Positions 17,777-28,180 of a DNA stretch of 52,161 nt are shown here, one piece after another. Each line of letters begins with the position of its first letter. Position 1 is the first letter of the stretch. A program made the translations under genes and the position numbers. The DNA is from an uncultured Thermoanaerobaculia bacterium (GTDB taxonomy: Bacteria; Acidobacteriota; Thermoanaerobaculia; Multivoradales; JAHEKO01), in the NCBI GenBank assembly GCA_964469055.1, contig CAYXXN010000001.1, forward strand, positions 1 through 52,161, written 5' to 3'. The notes beneath the pieces were generated by a model that was given only the letters and a program-made list of their open reading frames with translations, was not told the origin of the DNA and ran no database searches.

Positions 17777-18279
17777 GCTTCCTCGGAGTCGGTGCACTGC
17801 GGTCGCTCCTCGCCGTAGCTGATCGTCGACATGCGAGTGTCGTCGACCCCGAGCGAGCCCAGGTAGTTGCGGGCCGTGGCCGCGCGCCGATCGCCGAGCG
17901 CCAGGTTGTACTCGTTGGTGCCGCGCTCGTCGCAGTGACCCTCGATGGTGAAGATGAAGTCGGAGTGTTCGGCCATGAACTCGGCGTTGCGCGCCAGACG
18001 CTCGCGCGCTTCGGGCAGGAGCTCGTACTTGTTGTAGTCGAAGTAGACGTCGCCGAGCAGACCCTGCTCGCTCGCGTACCGGTTGATCGAGTCGAGTTCC
18101 TGGTCCCAGATCGGCGTTTCGTCGAGCGTCAAGTCCGACGCATCCTCGACGCTCTCCACGGTGGGCACCATGACCTCCTCGGGCGCCGGTGTCGTCGGCT
18201 TCTTCTTCCCGCCGCAACCCACGCCGCCGAGGCTCAGGGCGATGATCAGCCCGACGACCAACATCCGCATGCGATTCAT
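17725..18279 (-). CDS. pal: Peptidoglycan-associated lipoprotein Pal (OmpA family)
   Basis: 184 aa. Lipobox SLGGVGC. OmpA-like domain ..VYFDYNKYELLPEA...IEGHCDERGTNEYNLALGDRRA..YL..LGV....STISYGEE.P. GAAGGAG RBS. Confidence 0.93.
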   Translation of the reverse strand: MNRMRMLVVGLIIALSLGGVGCGGKKKPTTPAPEEVMVPTVESVEDASDLTLDETPIWDQELDSINRYASEQGLLGDVYFDYNKYELLPEARERLARNAEFMAEHSDFIFTIEGHCDERGTNEYNLALGDRRAATARNYLGSLGVDDTRMSTISYGEERPQCTDSEEACWRLNRRATFLITGRS

Positions 18280-18389
18280 TCCACGACTCCTTCGGGGTCC
18301 GATGTTTCCTGCACTGGGCTTCGCTCTTCAGGGCGAAATGTAGCAGAGGGGCAAGGGGCGAGCAACCTGCGTGCCGGCCACGCAGCCGC

Positions 18390-19766
18390 TCAACGGGGCG
18401 GGAAGCCCGACCAGGACGGCCCCCAGTTGTTGCCGTCGCTGGTGAGCTGGCGCAGGTGGCCGCCGTCGACGTCCATGGCGAAGACCTGGGTGCGGCCCGC
18501 GCCGCTCCCCAGGGTGCGAGCGAAAGCGATGCGCTGGCCATCCGGCGAGAAGCTCGGCGACTCGTTGCTCGCCGGCCCGCTGGTCAGCCGAGTCGCCTCG
18601 AGAGTCACCAGATCGGCCAGGAGGATGTCGAAGCGGTTGCTCCCGGTGCGGCTCGCGTAGGCCAGCCGGGTCCCGTCTGGGTTCCACTCGGCGCCGTCGT
18701 TGTACTCACCCTGCAAGCTGATCCGCCGTACGTTGGCGCCCTCGACGTCCATGGTGTAGAGCTGCGGCTCGCCGCTGCGCGAGGAGGTGAATGCGATCTC
18801 GCGCCCGCCGGGGCTCCACGCCGGGTTGGCGTCGATGCCGTTCGCGTGCGTGAGCTGCCGCAGTCCCGAGCCGTCACGGTTGCAGACGAAGATCTCCGAG
18901 TTGCCGTCGCCCAGGGAGCGCGTGAAGGCGATACGAGCGCCATCGGGCGAGAACGTCGGGTTGGCGTTCAGCGACCCGTCGGTGACCACCGCTCGCTTGC
19001 TGCCCCCCGGGAGCACGACGAGATAGAGGCCCGGCCGTCCCGAGAAGTAGGAGGTGTAGGCGACGGCATCGTTCGATGGACTGAAGCTGGGGGAAAGAGA
19101 GATCGTCTTGTGGGCGGTGACCGGGCGCTGGTTGTGCCCGTCGTAGTCCATCAGGAAGATCTCCTTGAACTCGTTGGGCCGGGAGCCGCTGCGGTCCGAG
19201 ACGAAGGCGAGCGCGGTCGAGCTGATGCCCCGGCGGCCGGCGAAGTACTGGACGATCTCGTCGGCGAAGGTGTGCGCGACGCGGCGGGCCGCCGTCGCCT
19301 CGCCGCGGTAGCGTTTGCCGAGGATCGGCTCGCCGCTCTTCAGGTCGTAGAGCCGACCCTCGAGCACCAGGTTGCCCTCCTCGGTCGCGAAGGCGACCTC
19401 GAGGAGGACCTGGCTGCCGAGCGAGCGGTGCAGCTCGAAGTCGCGGGCCGGGTCGCCGGTCAAGACGAGGACCGCGAGCTCGTCCGGTCCCACGAGGCGG
19501 AAGATGCGGCTCGCCTCGAGGTCGTCGCGCAACGTAGCGTCTGCCTCGCGGGCCGCTGCCAAGAGCGTGCCGGCGGCGTTCGTATCGGGTGCGGGGTAGG
19601 AAAGCACCACCAGGGAGCGCGCCTCGCCGGTGATCTTGATGGTGATCTCGGAACCAGGAACGGTGTCCGCCGGCTGCGGCAGCTCTTGACCGGCGACCCA
19701 GCCGACGCACGGGGCGAGGGCAGCAAAGACTGCGAGCAAGGGTCGCAGGACCACGGTGAGCGACAT
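18390..19766 (-). CDS. tolB: Tol-Pal system beta-propeller protein TolB
   Basis: ATG 19766 is preceded by GAGGGAG at 6-nt spacing. Signal peptide MSLTVVLRPLLAVFAALAP.., then a TolB N-domain and repeated ..P.FSPDG..IAF.S.R.G...... propeller blades. Confidence 0.92.
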   Translation of the reverse strand: MSLTVVLRPLLAVFAALAPCVGWVAGQELPQPADTVPGSEITIKITGEARSLVVLSYPAPDTNAAGTLLAAAREADATLRDDLEASRIFRLVGPDELAVLVLTGDPARDFELHRSLGSQVLLEVAFATEEGNLVLEGRLYDLKSGEPILGKRYRGEATAARRVAHTFADEIVQYFAGRRGISSTALAFVSDRSGSRPNEFKEIFLMDYDGHNQRPVTAHKTISLSPSFSPSNDAVAYTSYFSGRPGLYLVVLPGGSKRAVVTDGSLNANPTFSPDGARIAFTRSLGDGNSEIFVCNRDGSGLRQLTHANGIDANPAWSPGGREIAFTSSRSGEPQLYTMDVEGANVRRISLQGEYNDGAEWNPDGTRLAYASRTGSNRFDILLADLVTLEATRLTSGPASNESPSFSPDGQRIAFARTLGSGAGRTQVFAMDVDGGHLRQLTSDGNNWGPSWSGFPPR

Positions 19767-19779
19767 CTTGGCAACTCCC

Positions 19780-20499
19780 TCAATTGAAGATGACATTCAC
19801 CCCCACCCAGTCCTCTTTGTAGGTTTGAGGCAAGCGAGGAAACGGTGCGGCCTGCTGCACGGCACGCAGCGCCGCGAGATCGAAGCTGCTGAATCCCGAG
19901 GACTGAGCGACTCGCGGCTCGCTGATCGAGCCATCGCGGCGGATGCGGAAGCCGATGACCGCTTGCACCTCGCCGCCGATCGGCGGCCGGGTCCAGAACG
20001 AGCTGATCATCGCCGCCAACTGATCCACGTAATAGGTGTAACGGAAGTTCGGGTCCTCGATGCCGACGCCGCTGGCCCCGAACGTGGCCGTCCCCGTCGA
20101 GCTGCCGGTGGGGGAGCCTTGGCGGCGCAGGAGTTCCGAAGCGGAGGGCGGCGTCGCGGCCCGTGGTTGCGGCGGCGTCGAGTCGGGAGTGGGAAGGGTG
20201 AGTGCAGGCTCGGGTGGGGGAGGAGCCTCCGGCTCGGGCTCGGGGGGTGCGGGCTCGGGCGGTGCCGGTTCGGGCGCCGCCCGGGGGGGTGGCTGCCGCA
20301 CGCCGAGCGTCGCCGCCGGCACGATCATCACCGGGCCGCTGAACTCCAGTGGCTCGCGAGTCTCGGCGCGGAGCAAGGGAGCCACGAAAACCCCGAGTGC
20401 CACGGCGGCATGGAGAATGAGCGACAGCCAGACGAGACGGCGGGTCTTGCCGCTGGTGCGGCGGCGATCGGCCAGGACTGTCGTGACGTCGTCGAGCAT
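19780..20499 (-). CDS. tolA: TonB-family C-terminal-domain protein occupying the TolA position
   Basis: 239 aa. N-terminal TM anchor (LVWLSLILHAAVALGVFVAPLL), Pro-rich spacer (PEPAPPEPAPPEPEPEAPPPPEP) and a TonB/TolA-type C-terminal domain. Located between tolR and tolB. Confidence 0.65.
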   Translation of the reverse strand: MLDDVTTVLADRRRTSGKTRRLVWLSLILHAAVALGVFVAPLLRAETREPLEFSGPVMIVPAATLGVRQPPPRAAPEPAPPEPAPPEPEPEAPPPPEPALTLPTPDSTPPQPRAATPPSASELLRRQGSPTGSSTGTATFGASGVGIEDPNFRYTYYVDQLAAMISSFWTRPPIGGEVQAVIGFRIRRDGSISEPRVAQSSGFSSFDLAALRAVQQAAPFPRLPQTYKEDWVGVNVIFN

Positions 20500-20505
20500 C
20501 GCCCG

Positions 20506-20931
20506 CTAGCGCTCCGGCCGTTCGGTCACCATCCCAACCTCGCGGATCCCGCCCCGGTGCAGGAGATCGAGGACTTCGATGACCTTGCCGTACGGAAGGT
20601 CCTTGTCGCCCTTCACGAAGACAGTGCGGTCACCTCGCGCCGTCAAGATCGGACCCAGCCGCTCGACGAGGCGGCTCGGATGCACGGGCTCCTCCTGGAT
20701 GTAGATGATGCCGTCGCGGTTGATCGACAGCACCAGGGGATCATCCGTGTCGAGCTGCATCGGCTCGGCCTCGGCCTGCGGGAGGGCCACCTCGATGCCC
20801 TGGTGGAGCAGGGGAGCCGTCACCATGAAGATGATCAGCAACACCAGCATCACGTCGACGAGCGGCGTGACGTTGATGTCGGCCAGCACCGACTCGTCCT
20901 GCTCGCCGCCAAAGCCGATACCGAAGGCCAT
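20506..20931 (-). CDS. tolR: Biopolymer transport protein TolR/ExbD
   Basis: 141 aa. ..ADINVTPLVDVMLVLLIIFMVTAP.. is the ExbD/TolR signature. Confidence 0.9.
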   Translation of the reverse strand: MAFGIGFGGEQDESVLADINVTPLVDVMLVLLIIFMVTAPLLHQGIEVALPQAEAEPMQLDTDDPLVLSINRDGIIYIQEEPVHPSRLVERLGPILTARGDRTVFVKGDKDLPYGKVIEVLDLLHRGGIREVGMVTERPER

Positions 20932-20938
20932 CGTCCGC

Positions 20939-21673
20939 TCAGGTGAAGTTGCGCTCGGCCAGGTTCATGAACTCGAGCGTGAAGTCGTCGAGATCGGCGC
21001 GCACGCCCTTGAGGCGCGCGGCGTAGTAGTTGTAGCCCAAGAGGGCAGGGATCGCCGCCACCAGCCCGAGCGCGGTGTTGATCAGCGCCTCGGCGATGCC
21101 CGGGGCGACGGCCACCAGCGAGGTCGAGCCCGAGAGGCCGATGTCCTGGAAGGCCACCATGATCCCCCAGACGGTCCCGAACAGACCGATGAACGGGCTG
21201 GCGGCGGCGGTCGTGGCGAGGAAGGCCGTGCCCCGCCCCAGGCGGCCCAGCTCGGCGCCCGTGGCGCGGCGCAGCGTGCGCTCGAGGGAGACGAGCGACT
21301 TCATGCGATAGCTCGCTGCCGGCGCCTTCTCCTCGGGGCGCCGGCCCGCCTTGACCTGGCTGTCGATCTCGGCGTAACCGGCCTCGAAGAGCCCCACCAG
21401 CGGCGAGGCCTGCAGGCGCTTGGCCTCCTGCGCGACCTCGCTGAAGCGCTGGCTGTTGCGGAAGCGCTCGAGGAAGGTGGAAGTGTGCGCCTGGGCGCGC
21501 TGGAGCTGCAGGTACTTCCCCAGCATGATGCTCCAGGATCCGACGGACAGCCCGAGCAGGACGAGGGCCACGGTCCAGGCCATCGGCCCGGCTTGGAAGA
21601 AGACCTCGAGCAGCCCGGGGCGACCGGCGGGACTACTGGCTTGAGCGAGGAGAGTGAGGGGAGGCCAACCCAT
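20939..21673 (-). CDS. tolQ: MotA/TolQ/ExbB proton-channel protein TolQ
   Basis: ..WSIMLGKY.., ..LATTAAASPFIGLFGTVWGIMVAF..IAEALINTALGLVAAIPALLGYNYY.. are TolQ/ExbB motifs. Start uncertain (ATG 21673, ATG 21706 or GTG 21727). 21673 is preferred because a TGGACG-18-TACTTT promoter-like element lies upstream. Confidence 0.85.
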   Translation of the reverse strand: MGWPPLTLLAQASSPAGRPGLLEVFFQAGPMAWTVALVLLGLSVGSWSIMLGKYLQLQRAQAHTSTFLERFRNSQRFSEVAQEAKRLQASPLVGLFEAGYAEIDSQVKAGRRPEEKAPAASYRMKSLVSLERTLRRATGAELGRLGRGTAFLATTAAASPFIGLFGTVWGIMVAFQDIGLSGSTSLVAVAPGIAEALINTALGLVAAIPALLGYNYYAARLKGVRADLDDFTLEFMNLAERNFT

Positions 21674-21731
21674 GAGGAGTCGTCGGCGACGGCGCGAAAG
21701 TAGCATGCTCGACGCGCGGGCGTCCACGTGC

Positions 21732-21761
21732 TTGACCGTGCCGAAGGTCGCCGATTAGGGT
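21732..21761 (+). promoter_or_regulatory. Candidate sigma-70-type promoter for etfBA
   Basis: TTGACC (21732-21737), 18-nt spacer, TAGGGT (21756-21761), then GAGGAG RBS and ATG 21784. Confidence 0.35.
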
Positions 21762-21783
21762 AACGGCGGTCGAGGAGTGAGGC

Positions 21784-22575
21784 ATGAGGGTCGCCGTGTG
21801 CATCAAGCAGGTCCCGGACGCGGAGGCGCGGCTGCGCGTCGCCCGCGACGGTCGCTGGATCGAAGAGGAGGACCTCCCCTTCGTCATCAACGAGAGCGAC
21901 GAGTACGCCCTCGAAGAGGCTCTCCGCATCGCCGAGCGGACGGACGGCGAAGTCGTCGTCTTCTCGTTGGGTCCGGAGCGGGTGCGCGAAGCGCTCCGCA
22001 AGGCCCTGGCCCTGGGGGCGGCGCGGGCGGTGCACCTCTCCGACCCCGCTTTCCACGGCGGGGACGCGCTGGCCTGCGGTCGTGCTCTGGCCGCGGCCCT
22101 GGCCCGAGAGGCCTTCGACCTCGTGCTCACCGGCTCGCAGTCCGACGATGTCGGCTACGGCGCCACGGGCTCGGTGATCGCCGGCCACCTGGGCTGGCCC
22201 CACGCCTGGCTGGTGATGGGCGTCGAGATCGAGGAGGGCGGCACCGTCAAGGTAAAGCGCGAGATGGAAAGCGGCCTGAACGAGATCTTTCGCCTCCGCC
22301 TGCCGGCCCTGCTCGAGATCCAGGCCGGGCTCAACCATCCCCGCTACGCCTCGCTCAAGGGGATCATGGCGGCGAAGAAGAAGGAGATCGCGTCCCTGAC
22401 GGCCGCCGACCTCGGTCTCTCCGCCGCCGAGGTCGGCGAGGTGGGCTCGAGCATCGAGATCCTCGGCGTGGCCTTTCCCGAGAGCTCGGGCGGGGCGCAG
22501 ATCCTCGCTGGCGACCCGGCGACGGCCGCCAAGGCCCTGGTGGAGAAGCTGCAGAAGGAAGCGCGGGTGCTCTGA
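21784..22575 (+). CDS. etfB: Electron transfer flavoprotein beta subunit
   Basis: 263 aa. MRVAVCIKQVPD.. N-terminus and ..DLVLTG.QS.D.. are typical of EtfB. Confidence 0.92.
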   Translation: MRVAVCIKQVPDAEARLRVARDGRWIEEEDLPFVINESDEYALEEALRIAERTDGEVVVFSLGPERVREALRKALALGAARAVHLSDPAFHGGDALACGRALAAALAREAFDLVLTGSQSDDVGYGATGSVIAGHLGWPHAWLVMGVEIEEGGTVKVKREMESGLNEIFRLRLPALLEIQAGLNHPRYASLKGIMAAKKKEIASLTAADLGLSAAEVGEVGSSIEILGVAFPESSGGAQILAGDPATAAKALVEKLQKEARVL

Positions 22576-23558
22576 TGGCCAAGGTCTGGGTCGTCGTCCA
22601 GCAGCGCGACGGCAAACTGCACCGGATGTCGCGAGAGGCGCTCGGCGCCGGCGTCGCCCTGGCCGCCGCCACCGGCGGCAGGGCCGAGGCCGTGGTGCTC
22701 GGCCACGGGGTCCACGAGTTGGCCCGGGAGGTCGCCCACGGTGGACCCGCCGCGGTCCACGTCGCCGATCATCCCGCCCTCGCGGCCTACACTCCGGGCG
22801 CCTACGTCGGCGCGCTGCGCCAGGCACTCGCCGCGCACGCGCCGGAGGTCGTGGTCTTTCCCCACACCTACCAGACCGTGGACTACGTCGCGCGGCTCGC
22901 CCAGGCGGTGGACGGCGCGCTAGTGCCCGAGGTCATCGGCTTTGCCGCGAACGAGCACGGTCTGACGTGGCGCCGGCCGATCCTGGGCGGCAAGCTGCAA
23001 GCGACGGTCCGCAGCAAGGGCCCGTACCCGGTGCTGGTCTCCGTGCAGTCGGGTGCGTTCGCCGCCGTCGAGAGCACGGGCGCCGCGGCGATCGTGCTCC
23101 AGCTCGCCCTCGACCCGGCGCAACTGGTGGCGGATCGCGAGATCCTCGGCGTCGAGGAGGTGGCGGGCGAGCAGGTCGACCTCTCGGCGGCATCGATCAT
23201 CGTCGCGGTCGGCCGCGGCATCGGTGACAAGGACAAGTTGGGCATCGTCGAGCAGCTGGCGGCGGCGCTGGGGGCGGAGATCGGCGCCAGCCGGCCGGTG
23301 ATCGACAACGGTTGGTTGCCGCGCGATCGCCAGATCGGCTCGAGCGGTCAGACGGTGGCACCCAAGCTCTATCTCGCCCTGGGGATCTCGGGCGCCATCC
23401 AGCACCTGGTGGGCATGAAGGGGGCCCAAGTCGTGGTGGCGATCAACAAGGACCCCGAGGCCCCGATCTTCTCCGTCGCCCAGTACGGCATCGTCGGCGA
23501 TCTCCACGAGGTGGTCCCGGCGCTGACCGCGGCGCTGCGTGAGGCTCGCCGCGGCTGA
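22575..23558 (+). CDS. etfA: Electron transfer flavoprotein alpha subunit
   Basis: ATG 22575 overlaps the etfB stop (TGATG). 327 aa. C-terminal FAD-binding region ..[10 protein letters not shown]....[18 protein letters not shown]....[29 protein letters not shown]....VVAINKD..APIF..A.YGIVGD. Confidence 0.92.
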   Translation: MAKVWVVVQQRDGKLHRMSREALGAGVALAAATGGRAEAVVLGHGVHELAREVAHGGPAAVHVADHPALAAYTPGAYVGALRQALAAHAPEVVVFPHTYQTVDYVARLAQAVDGALVPEVIGFAANEHGLTWRRPILGGKLQATVRSKGPYPVLVSVQSGAFAAVESTGAAAIVLQLALDPAQLVADREILGVEEVAGEQVDLSAASIIVAVGRGIGDKDKLGIVEQLAAALGAEIGASRPVIDNGWLPRDRQIGSSGQTVAPKLYLALGISGAIQHLVGMKGAQVVVAINKDPEAPIFSVAQYGIVGDLHEVVPALTAALREARRG

Positions 23559-23573
23559 AGCGCTCCCTGGAGG

Positions 23574-24350
23574 TCAGCTCGTCGCCGCGCTCCGCCGCCG
23601 TGCGATCTCGTAGAGGGCGACGGCGGCGGCGACGGTGACGTTGAGCGACTCGACGGGTGGCCGCACGGGGATGGTGACGACCAGCCGGCAGCGACGCGCG
23701 AGGTCGGGCGAGAGCCCCGGGCCCTCGGCGCCGACGGCCAGCACCAGGCGCCCGGAGAGCGGGGCGTCCCAGACGGAGAGGCCCCCCCGCGGCGCCAGGG
23801 CGACCCAAAGCGCTTCCCCCAAGTGCCGAGACAGATCGTCGGAAGTCACCTCGACCGCCACCGGTAGGCGCAGCAAGCTGCCGGCGGCGGCGCGCTGAGC
23901 CCGGGGATGGTTGGGGCTCGCCGAGCCGCTCGCCAGCGCCAGCCCATGGACTCCCGCGGCCTCCGCGACGCGGGCGAGCGCGCCAAGGTTCCCGGGGTCT
24001 TGGATGCCCTCGACGTAGAGGAAACAGTCGCCGTCGGCCGGCAGTCCGGTGGCGCCGCCGCGCGGCAGGCGCGCCACCGCGATCGTGCCGCGGGGAGAGT
24101 CGGCGTCGGCGACCGTCGCCAGCAGCCGGGGGGCGATGAGCTCCGGCGGTCGGGGAAGAGCCGCCGCCAGGCTCTGTCCCTCGGCTCCCCCCAGGAAATC
24201 TGGCGTCATCAGCACCCGCTCGAGCACCACACCCGCGGCGAGGGCCTCGGCCAGCAGGTGAGGCCCCTCGAGCAGGCAGAGATCGCCGTCGCGGTGCCGA
24301 CGCAGCCGCCGTAGCTCGCGCAGGGCCGGGTGCCGGGGGCTCGCGATCAC
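23574..24350 (-). CDS. TrmH/SpoU-family RNA 2'-O-methyltransferase
   Basis: 258 aa. SpoU methylase motifs ..[18 protein letters not shown].., ..[11 protein letters not shown].., ..[22 protein letters not shown]... Confidence 0.85.
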   Translation of the reverse strand: MIASPRHPALRELRRLRRHRDGDLCLLEGPHLLAEALAAGVVLERVLMTPDFLGGAEGQSLAAALPRPPELIAPRLLATVADADSPRGTIAVARLPRGGATGLPADGDCFLYVEGIQDPGNLGALARVAEAAGVHGLALASGSASPNHPRAQRAAAGSLLRLPVAVEVTSDDLSRHLGEALWVALAPRGGLSVWDAPLSGRLVLAVGAEGPGLSPDLARRCRLVVTIPVRPPVESLNVTVAAAVALYEIARRRSAATS

Positions 24351-24373
24351 AGCGTCGATGATAGCCAGCCGCG

Positions 24374-24402
24374 TTGACGCCTGCCGGGGGCGGCGGTATC
24401 GT
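24374..24402 (+). promoter_or_regulatory. Candidate promoter for the DUF84-like gene
   Basis: TTGACG (24374-24379), 17-nt spacer, TATCGT (24397-24402). This argues for the ATG 24467 start rather than the TTG 24374 ORF start. Confidence 0.35.
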
Positions 24403-24466
24403 TCCCGCGGTCCGCTCGAACCCGTTCCACGACCGCCGACACCCTAGGTCGATCGCTCGCTCGTTG

Positions 24467-25111
24467 ATGTCCGCGGAGGATCTCCCGGAGTCGCAGCCCC
24501 CGAGCCCGGAGCGCCGGGCGGCGGGAGGCGGCTCCGCCCTCCTGCGCCGCCTCGACGATGGCATCGCGGTGGCCGTGCTCGACTCGCTGCCCCCCGAGTT
24601 GCTCGGCGTCCGGGACGCCTTCCTGCGCTACTTCCGCCAGCACCGCCGGGTGCCGATCGCGCTCGTGCCCCAACCCGTCGAGCCGGAGCGCCTGGGGCTC
24701 GCGCTCTCCGACGAGGAAGCCATCGCGCGAGCCCGGCGCCAGGTGCGTGCCATGCAGGAGCGCTTGGGGGAGGCCTACCACTTCTTCGTGGCTGTCGAAG
24801 GCGGGCTCGACCGCGTAGCCCTCGACGACGACGAGCGGTTCTTCGTCCGTAGCTGGACCGTGATCGCGGGTCTCGATAGAGAAGCCTGGGGCGCCAACGG
24901 CTCGCTCGAGATCCCGGCTCGGGCCCTGGCGGACCTGGGCGGGGAGCGCCACGCGCCGTGGGGAACGCGGCGCAGCGGGGGGCTGATCAGCTCGCTCACC
25001 GGCGGCGCCGAGACGCGTCGCGCCGCCGTCGCCGAGTCGACCTTCCACGCCTTGTGCTCGTTGTTTTACGGCCTGTTCGACAGTCACCCCTGGGGCGCGC
25101 GCGGCGCTTGA
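24467..25111 (+). CDS. Probable non-canonical NTP phosphatase, YjjX/DUF84-like
   Basis: The pattern ..IAVAV.S..P.KL.GVRDAF..., ..[10 protein letters not shown]...., ..TR....ESTFHAL resembles the E. coli YjjX (ITPase/XTPase) layout. Recognised from memory only. Confidence 0.5.
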   Translation: MSAEDLPESQPPSPERRAAGGGSALLRRLDDGIAVAVLDSLPPELLGVRDAFLRYFRQHRRVPIALVPQPVEPERLGLALSDEEAIARARRQVRAMQERLGEAYHFFVAVEGGLDRVALDDDERFFVRSWTVIAGLDREAWGANGSLEIPARALADLGGERHAPWGTRRSGGLISSLTGGAETRRAAVAESTFHALCSLFYGLFDSHPWGARGA

Positions 25112-25128
25112 GGCCCGGCGGCGCGCGG

Positions 25129-25157
25129 TTGCCTCGAGGGGCGCCCTCTGCTACCAT
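25129..25157 (+). promoter_or_regulatory. Candidate promoter for metK
   Basis: TTGCCT (25129-25134), 17-nt spacer, TACCAT (25152-25157). A roughly 55-nt leader ends in a GGAGAG RBS before ATG 25221. Confidence 0.35.
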
Positions 25158-25220
25158 GCGCCGTCTCTCGGGCCCACACGCCCACCGGCCCCCGCGGCAA
25201 ACAGATCGACGGAGAGCGAG

Positions 25221-26402
25221 ATGGCCTCGTCAGAACCCTATCTGTTTACCTCCGAGTCGGTGACCGAAGGTCACCCCGACAAGGTCGCTGACCAAATTTC
25301 CGACGCGGTTCTGGACGCGGTTCTCGCGCAGGACCCGATGGGTCGCGTCGCCTGCGAGACCCTGGTGACGACCGGGCTGGTGGTGCTGGCCGGCGAGATC
25401 ACCACCGACGCTCGCGTCGACTTCATGGAGATCGCGCGGCGGACGATCCGGGAGATCGGCTACACGCAGGTGGACTACGGCTTCGACGCCGACACCTGCG
25501 GGGTCATCGTCTCGATCGGGCGACAGTCCCCGGATATCGCCCTGGGAGTGGACACGGGAGGGGCCGGCGATCAGGGACTGATGTTCGGGTATGCGTGCTC
25601 GGAGACGCCGGAGCGCATGCCCTTGCCCATCATGTTGGCGCACGCCCTGACCCGGCGATTGGCGGAGGCGCGTCGCTCGGGCGCCCTGCCCTGGCTGCGC
25701 CCGGACGGCAAGAGCCAGGTCACCGTGGAGTACGAGGGCGCGCGGCCGGTCCGCGTGGCGACGGTGGTGGTCTCGACCCACCACGCCAAGGGCCTCTCCC
25801 AGGAGGAAATCCGCGAGCAGGTCATAGAGGAGATCGTGCGGCCCGCAATCCGTCCCGAGCTCCTCCAGGGCACCGAATTCAAGATCAACCCCACCGGCAG
25901 CTTCGAGATCGGCGGGCCGCAGAGCGACTGCGGCCTGACGGGACGCAAGATCATCGTCGACACCTACGGCGGCGTCGGCAGTCACGGGGGTGGCTGCTTC
26001 TCGGGCAAGGACCCCACGAAGGTGGACCGTTCCGCCTCCTACATGGCCCGCTACGTGGCCAAGAACCTCGTCGCTGCCGGCCTGGCGCATCGAGCGCTGG
26101 TGCAGCTCGCCTACGTGATCGGCGTCGCCGACCCGGTCTCCGTGAACGTCCAGAGCTTCGGCACGGGGAGCCTTTCCGACCGCCGACTCGAACGCCTGGT
26201 GCGGGAGCACTTTCCCCTGCGACCGCTCGACATCATCGAACGCCTCGAGCTGCGGCGACCGATCTACCGAGCTACCGCCGCGTACGGTCACTTCGGCCGT
26301 ACGGAGCCTGGCTTCTCCTGGGAAAAGACGGATCTCGCCGAAGAGCTTCGTGCCGCCGCCGGGCTCGTTGGCGCGGTGCCCGCGCCCGTCGCCGTCCATT
26401 GA
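25221..26402 (+). CDS. metK: S-adenosylmethionine synthase
   Basis: 393 aa. ..[27 protein letters not shown].., ..[12 protein letters not shown].., ..[19 protein letters not shown]... Confidence 0.97.
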   Translation: MASSEPYLFTSESVTEGHPDKVADQISDAVLDAVLAQDPMGRVACETLVTTGLVVLAGEITTDARVDFMEIARRTIREIGYTQVDYGFDADTCGVIVSIGRQSPDIALGVDTGGAGDQGLMFGYACSETPERMPLPIMLAHALTRRLAEARRSGALPWLRPDGKSQVTVEYEGARPVRVATVVVSTHHAKGLSQEEIREQVIEEIVRPAIRPELLQGTEFKINPTGSFEIGGPQSDCGLTGRKIIVDTYGGVGSHGGGCFSGKDPTKVDRSASYMARYVAKNLVAAGLAHRALVQLAYVIGVADPVSVNVQSFGTGSLSDRRLERLVREHFPLRPLDIIERLELRRPIYRATAAYGHFGRTEPGFSWEKTDLAEELRAAAGLVGAVPAPVAVH

Positions 26403-26442
26403 GCCCGGCCGCCACGCGCCGCCCGCCGACGAGGACCACGCC

Positions 26443-27723
26443 ATGACGACCGCTTCGAGCGAGACCATCGCCTGTGACGTCGCCAACCTCAAGCTGGCCG
26501 CCGAGGGGCGGCGCCGCATCGAGTGGGCCGACCAGCACATGCCGGTACTGCAACTGATCCGCCGGCGCTTCCGCGAGGAGAAACCCCTGGCCGGACTGCG
26601 CATCGGCGCGTGCCTCCACGTCACCTCGGAGACCGCCAATCTCATGCGCACCTTGACCGAAGGGGGCGCGACGGTGGCGCTGTGCGCGAGCAACCCCCTA
26701 TCGACCCAGGACGACGTGGCCGCGAGCCTGGTGCAGGATTTCGGCCTGCCGGTCTTCGCGCGCAAGGGCGAGGATCTCGACGTCTACTACAGCCACCTCA
26801 ACGCCGTGCTGGACAGCGAACCCCACCTGACGATGGACGACGGGGCGGACCTGGTGTCCCTGCTCCACAAAGAGCGCCGGGAGCTGATCCCCAACCTCAA
26901 GGGTGGAACCGAGGAGACGACGACCGGCGTGATCCGGCTGCGCGCCATGGCTCGGGACGGCGCGCTGGCCTATCCGATCCTCGCCGTCAACGACTCCGAC
27001 ACCAAGCACCTCTTCGACAACCGCTACGGGACGGGCCAGAGCACCATCGACGGCATCCTGCGAGCGACCAACCTGCTGTTGGCCGGCAAGACAGTCGTCG
27101 TCGTCGGTTACGGCTGGTGCGGCCGCGGTGTGGCCAGCCGCGCCGACGGCATGGGGGCCAACGTCGTCGTCGTCGAGGTCGACCCGGTGCGCGCCTTGGA
27201 AGCCCAGCTCGACGGTCACCGTGCCGCCTCGATCGCCGACGCCGCCCCGCTCGGCGATCTCTTCGTGACCGTGACCGGCAACAAGCACGTCATCCGCAAG
27301 AAGCACTTCAACGAGATGAAGGACGGCGCCATCGTCGCCAACGCCGGTCACTTCGACGTCGAGCTGGACCTGCCGGGTCTGCGCGAGCTGACGCGCGAGA
27401 GTCGGGCCGTGCGGCCTTCGGTCGAGGAGTTCGAGCTCCTCGACGGGCGCCGCATCTACCTCCTGGCCGAGGGTCGTCTCGTCAACCTGGCGGCGGCCGA
27501 AGGCCATCCGGCGTCCGTCATGGACATGAGCTTCGCCAACCAGGCGCTCGCCGCCGAGCTGATCGCCGGGCGCGAGGAGCCGTTCCCGATCGGCGTCCAT
27601 CGCATCCCGCGGGAGCTCGACCACCAGGTGGCGTACCTCAAGCTCGAGTCGATGGGGATCCACATCGACACCCTCACCCCCGGGCAGCAGAGCTATCTCG
27701 AGAGCTGGGAAGAGGGCACCTGA
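26443..27723 (+). CDS. ahcY: Adenosylhomocysteinase
   Basis: ATG 26443; 426 aa. ..MPVL...R..F...[19 protein letters not shown].., NAD site [12 protein letters not shown], ..GHFDVE.. Follows metK, forming a methyl-cycle pair. Confidence 0.95.
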   Translation: MTTASSETIACDVANLKLAAEGRRRIEWADQHMPVLQLIRRRFREEKPLAGLRIGACLHVTSETANLMRTLTEGGATVALCASNPLSTQDDVAASLVQDFGLPVFARKGEDLDVYYSHLNAVLDSEPHLTMDDGADLVSLLHKERRELIPNLKGGTEETTTGVIRLRAMARDGALAYPILAVNDSDTKHLFDNRYGTGQSTIDGILRATNLLLAGKTVVVVGYGWCGRGVASRADGMGANVVVVEVDPVRALEAQLDGHRAASIADAAPLGDLFVTVTGNKHVIRKKHFNEMKDGAIVANAGHFDVELDLPGLRELTRESRAVRPSVEEFELLDGRRIYLLAEGRLVNLAAAEGHPASVMDMSFANQALAAELIAGREEPFPIGVHRIPRELDHQVAYLKLESMGIHIDTLTPGQQSYLESWEEGT

Positions 27724-27726
27724 GCT

Positions 27727-28167
27727 CTAGGCCAGATCGACGTCGTCCCAGGTCTTGCCGTACTTGAGCACGTCGTGCTTCAAGAGCTCGAAGTCCGTCT
27801 GTCGCGGGCCGGGGCGGGCATCGCGGTAGACGGTGTCGCAGCGGTAGCAGACCACCGCCCAGCCGAGCCGGCGCGACAGCCAGAAATCGAGACCCGCCAG
27901 GACGACGAGAGAGAGGCCGTAGGTCCACGGAACGAGCACGGCACCGAGGCCTACGAGCGCGCAGCCCAGGGCACGGTGGACGTCCCGTTGCCGGTAGAGA
28001 TGGCGGCAAACGCAGAGCGGGCAGACCTCGACCGCTGAGGACGTCCAGCCCTCCGTGGCGACGGCGCGCCCCTCGCCGCAACCCGGGCAGGCGAGCGGCG
28101 TCTCACGCGGACTGAGGACGGCCGCGAACGGCAGGCCGCAGGCGCGGCATTGCGTACGGATCCGCAC
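27727..28167 (-). CDS. Hypothetical zinc-ribbon protein with a transmembrane hairpin
   Basis: 146 aa. C7xxC10...C27xxC30 forms an N-terminal ribbon. C49xxC52 and C107xxC110 flank two predicted TM helices (ALGCALVGLGAVLVPW / LSLVVLAGLDFWL). Stop lies 3 nt from the convergent ahcY stop. Confidence 0.45.
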   Translation of the reverse strand: MRIRTQCRACGLPFAAVLSPRETPLACPGCGEGRAVATEGWTSSAVEVCPLCVCRHLYRQRDVHRALGCALVGLGAVLVPWTYGLSLVVLAGLDFWLSRRLGWAVVCYRCDTVYRDARPGPRQTDFELLKHDVLKYGKTWDDVDLA

Positions 28168-28180
28168 CCGGCTCCTGCGA

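Noticed and set aside
25112-25220. Possible SAM riboswitch in the metK leader
   Set aside because: I could not find SAM-I core elements (GAGGGA...GGCCC...GCAACC, kink-turn) or features of SAM-II/IV/V or SAM-SAH. The leader left after the predicted promoter is only about 55 nt. A cmscan would be the decisive test.
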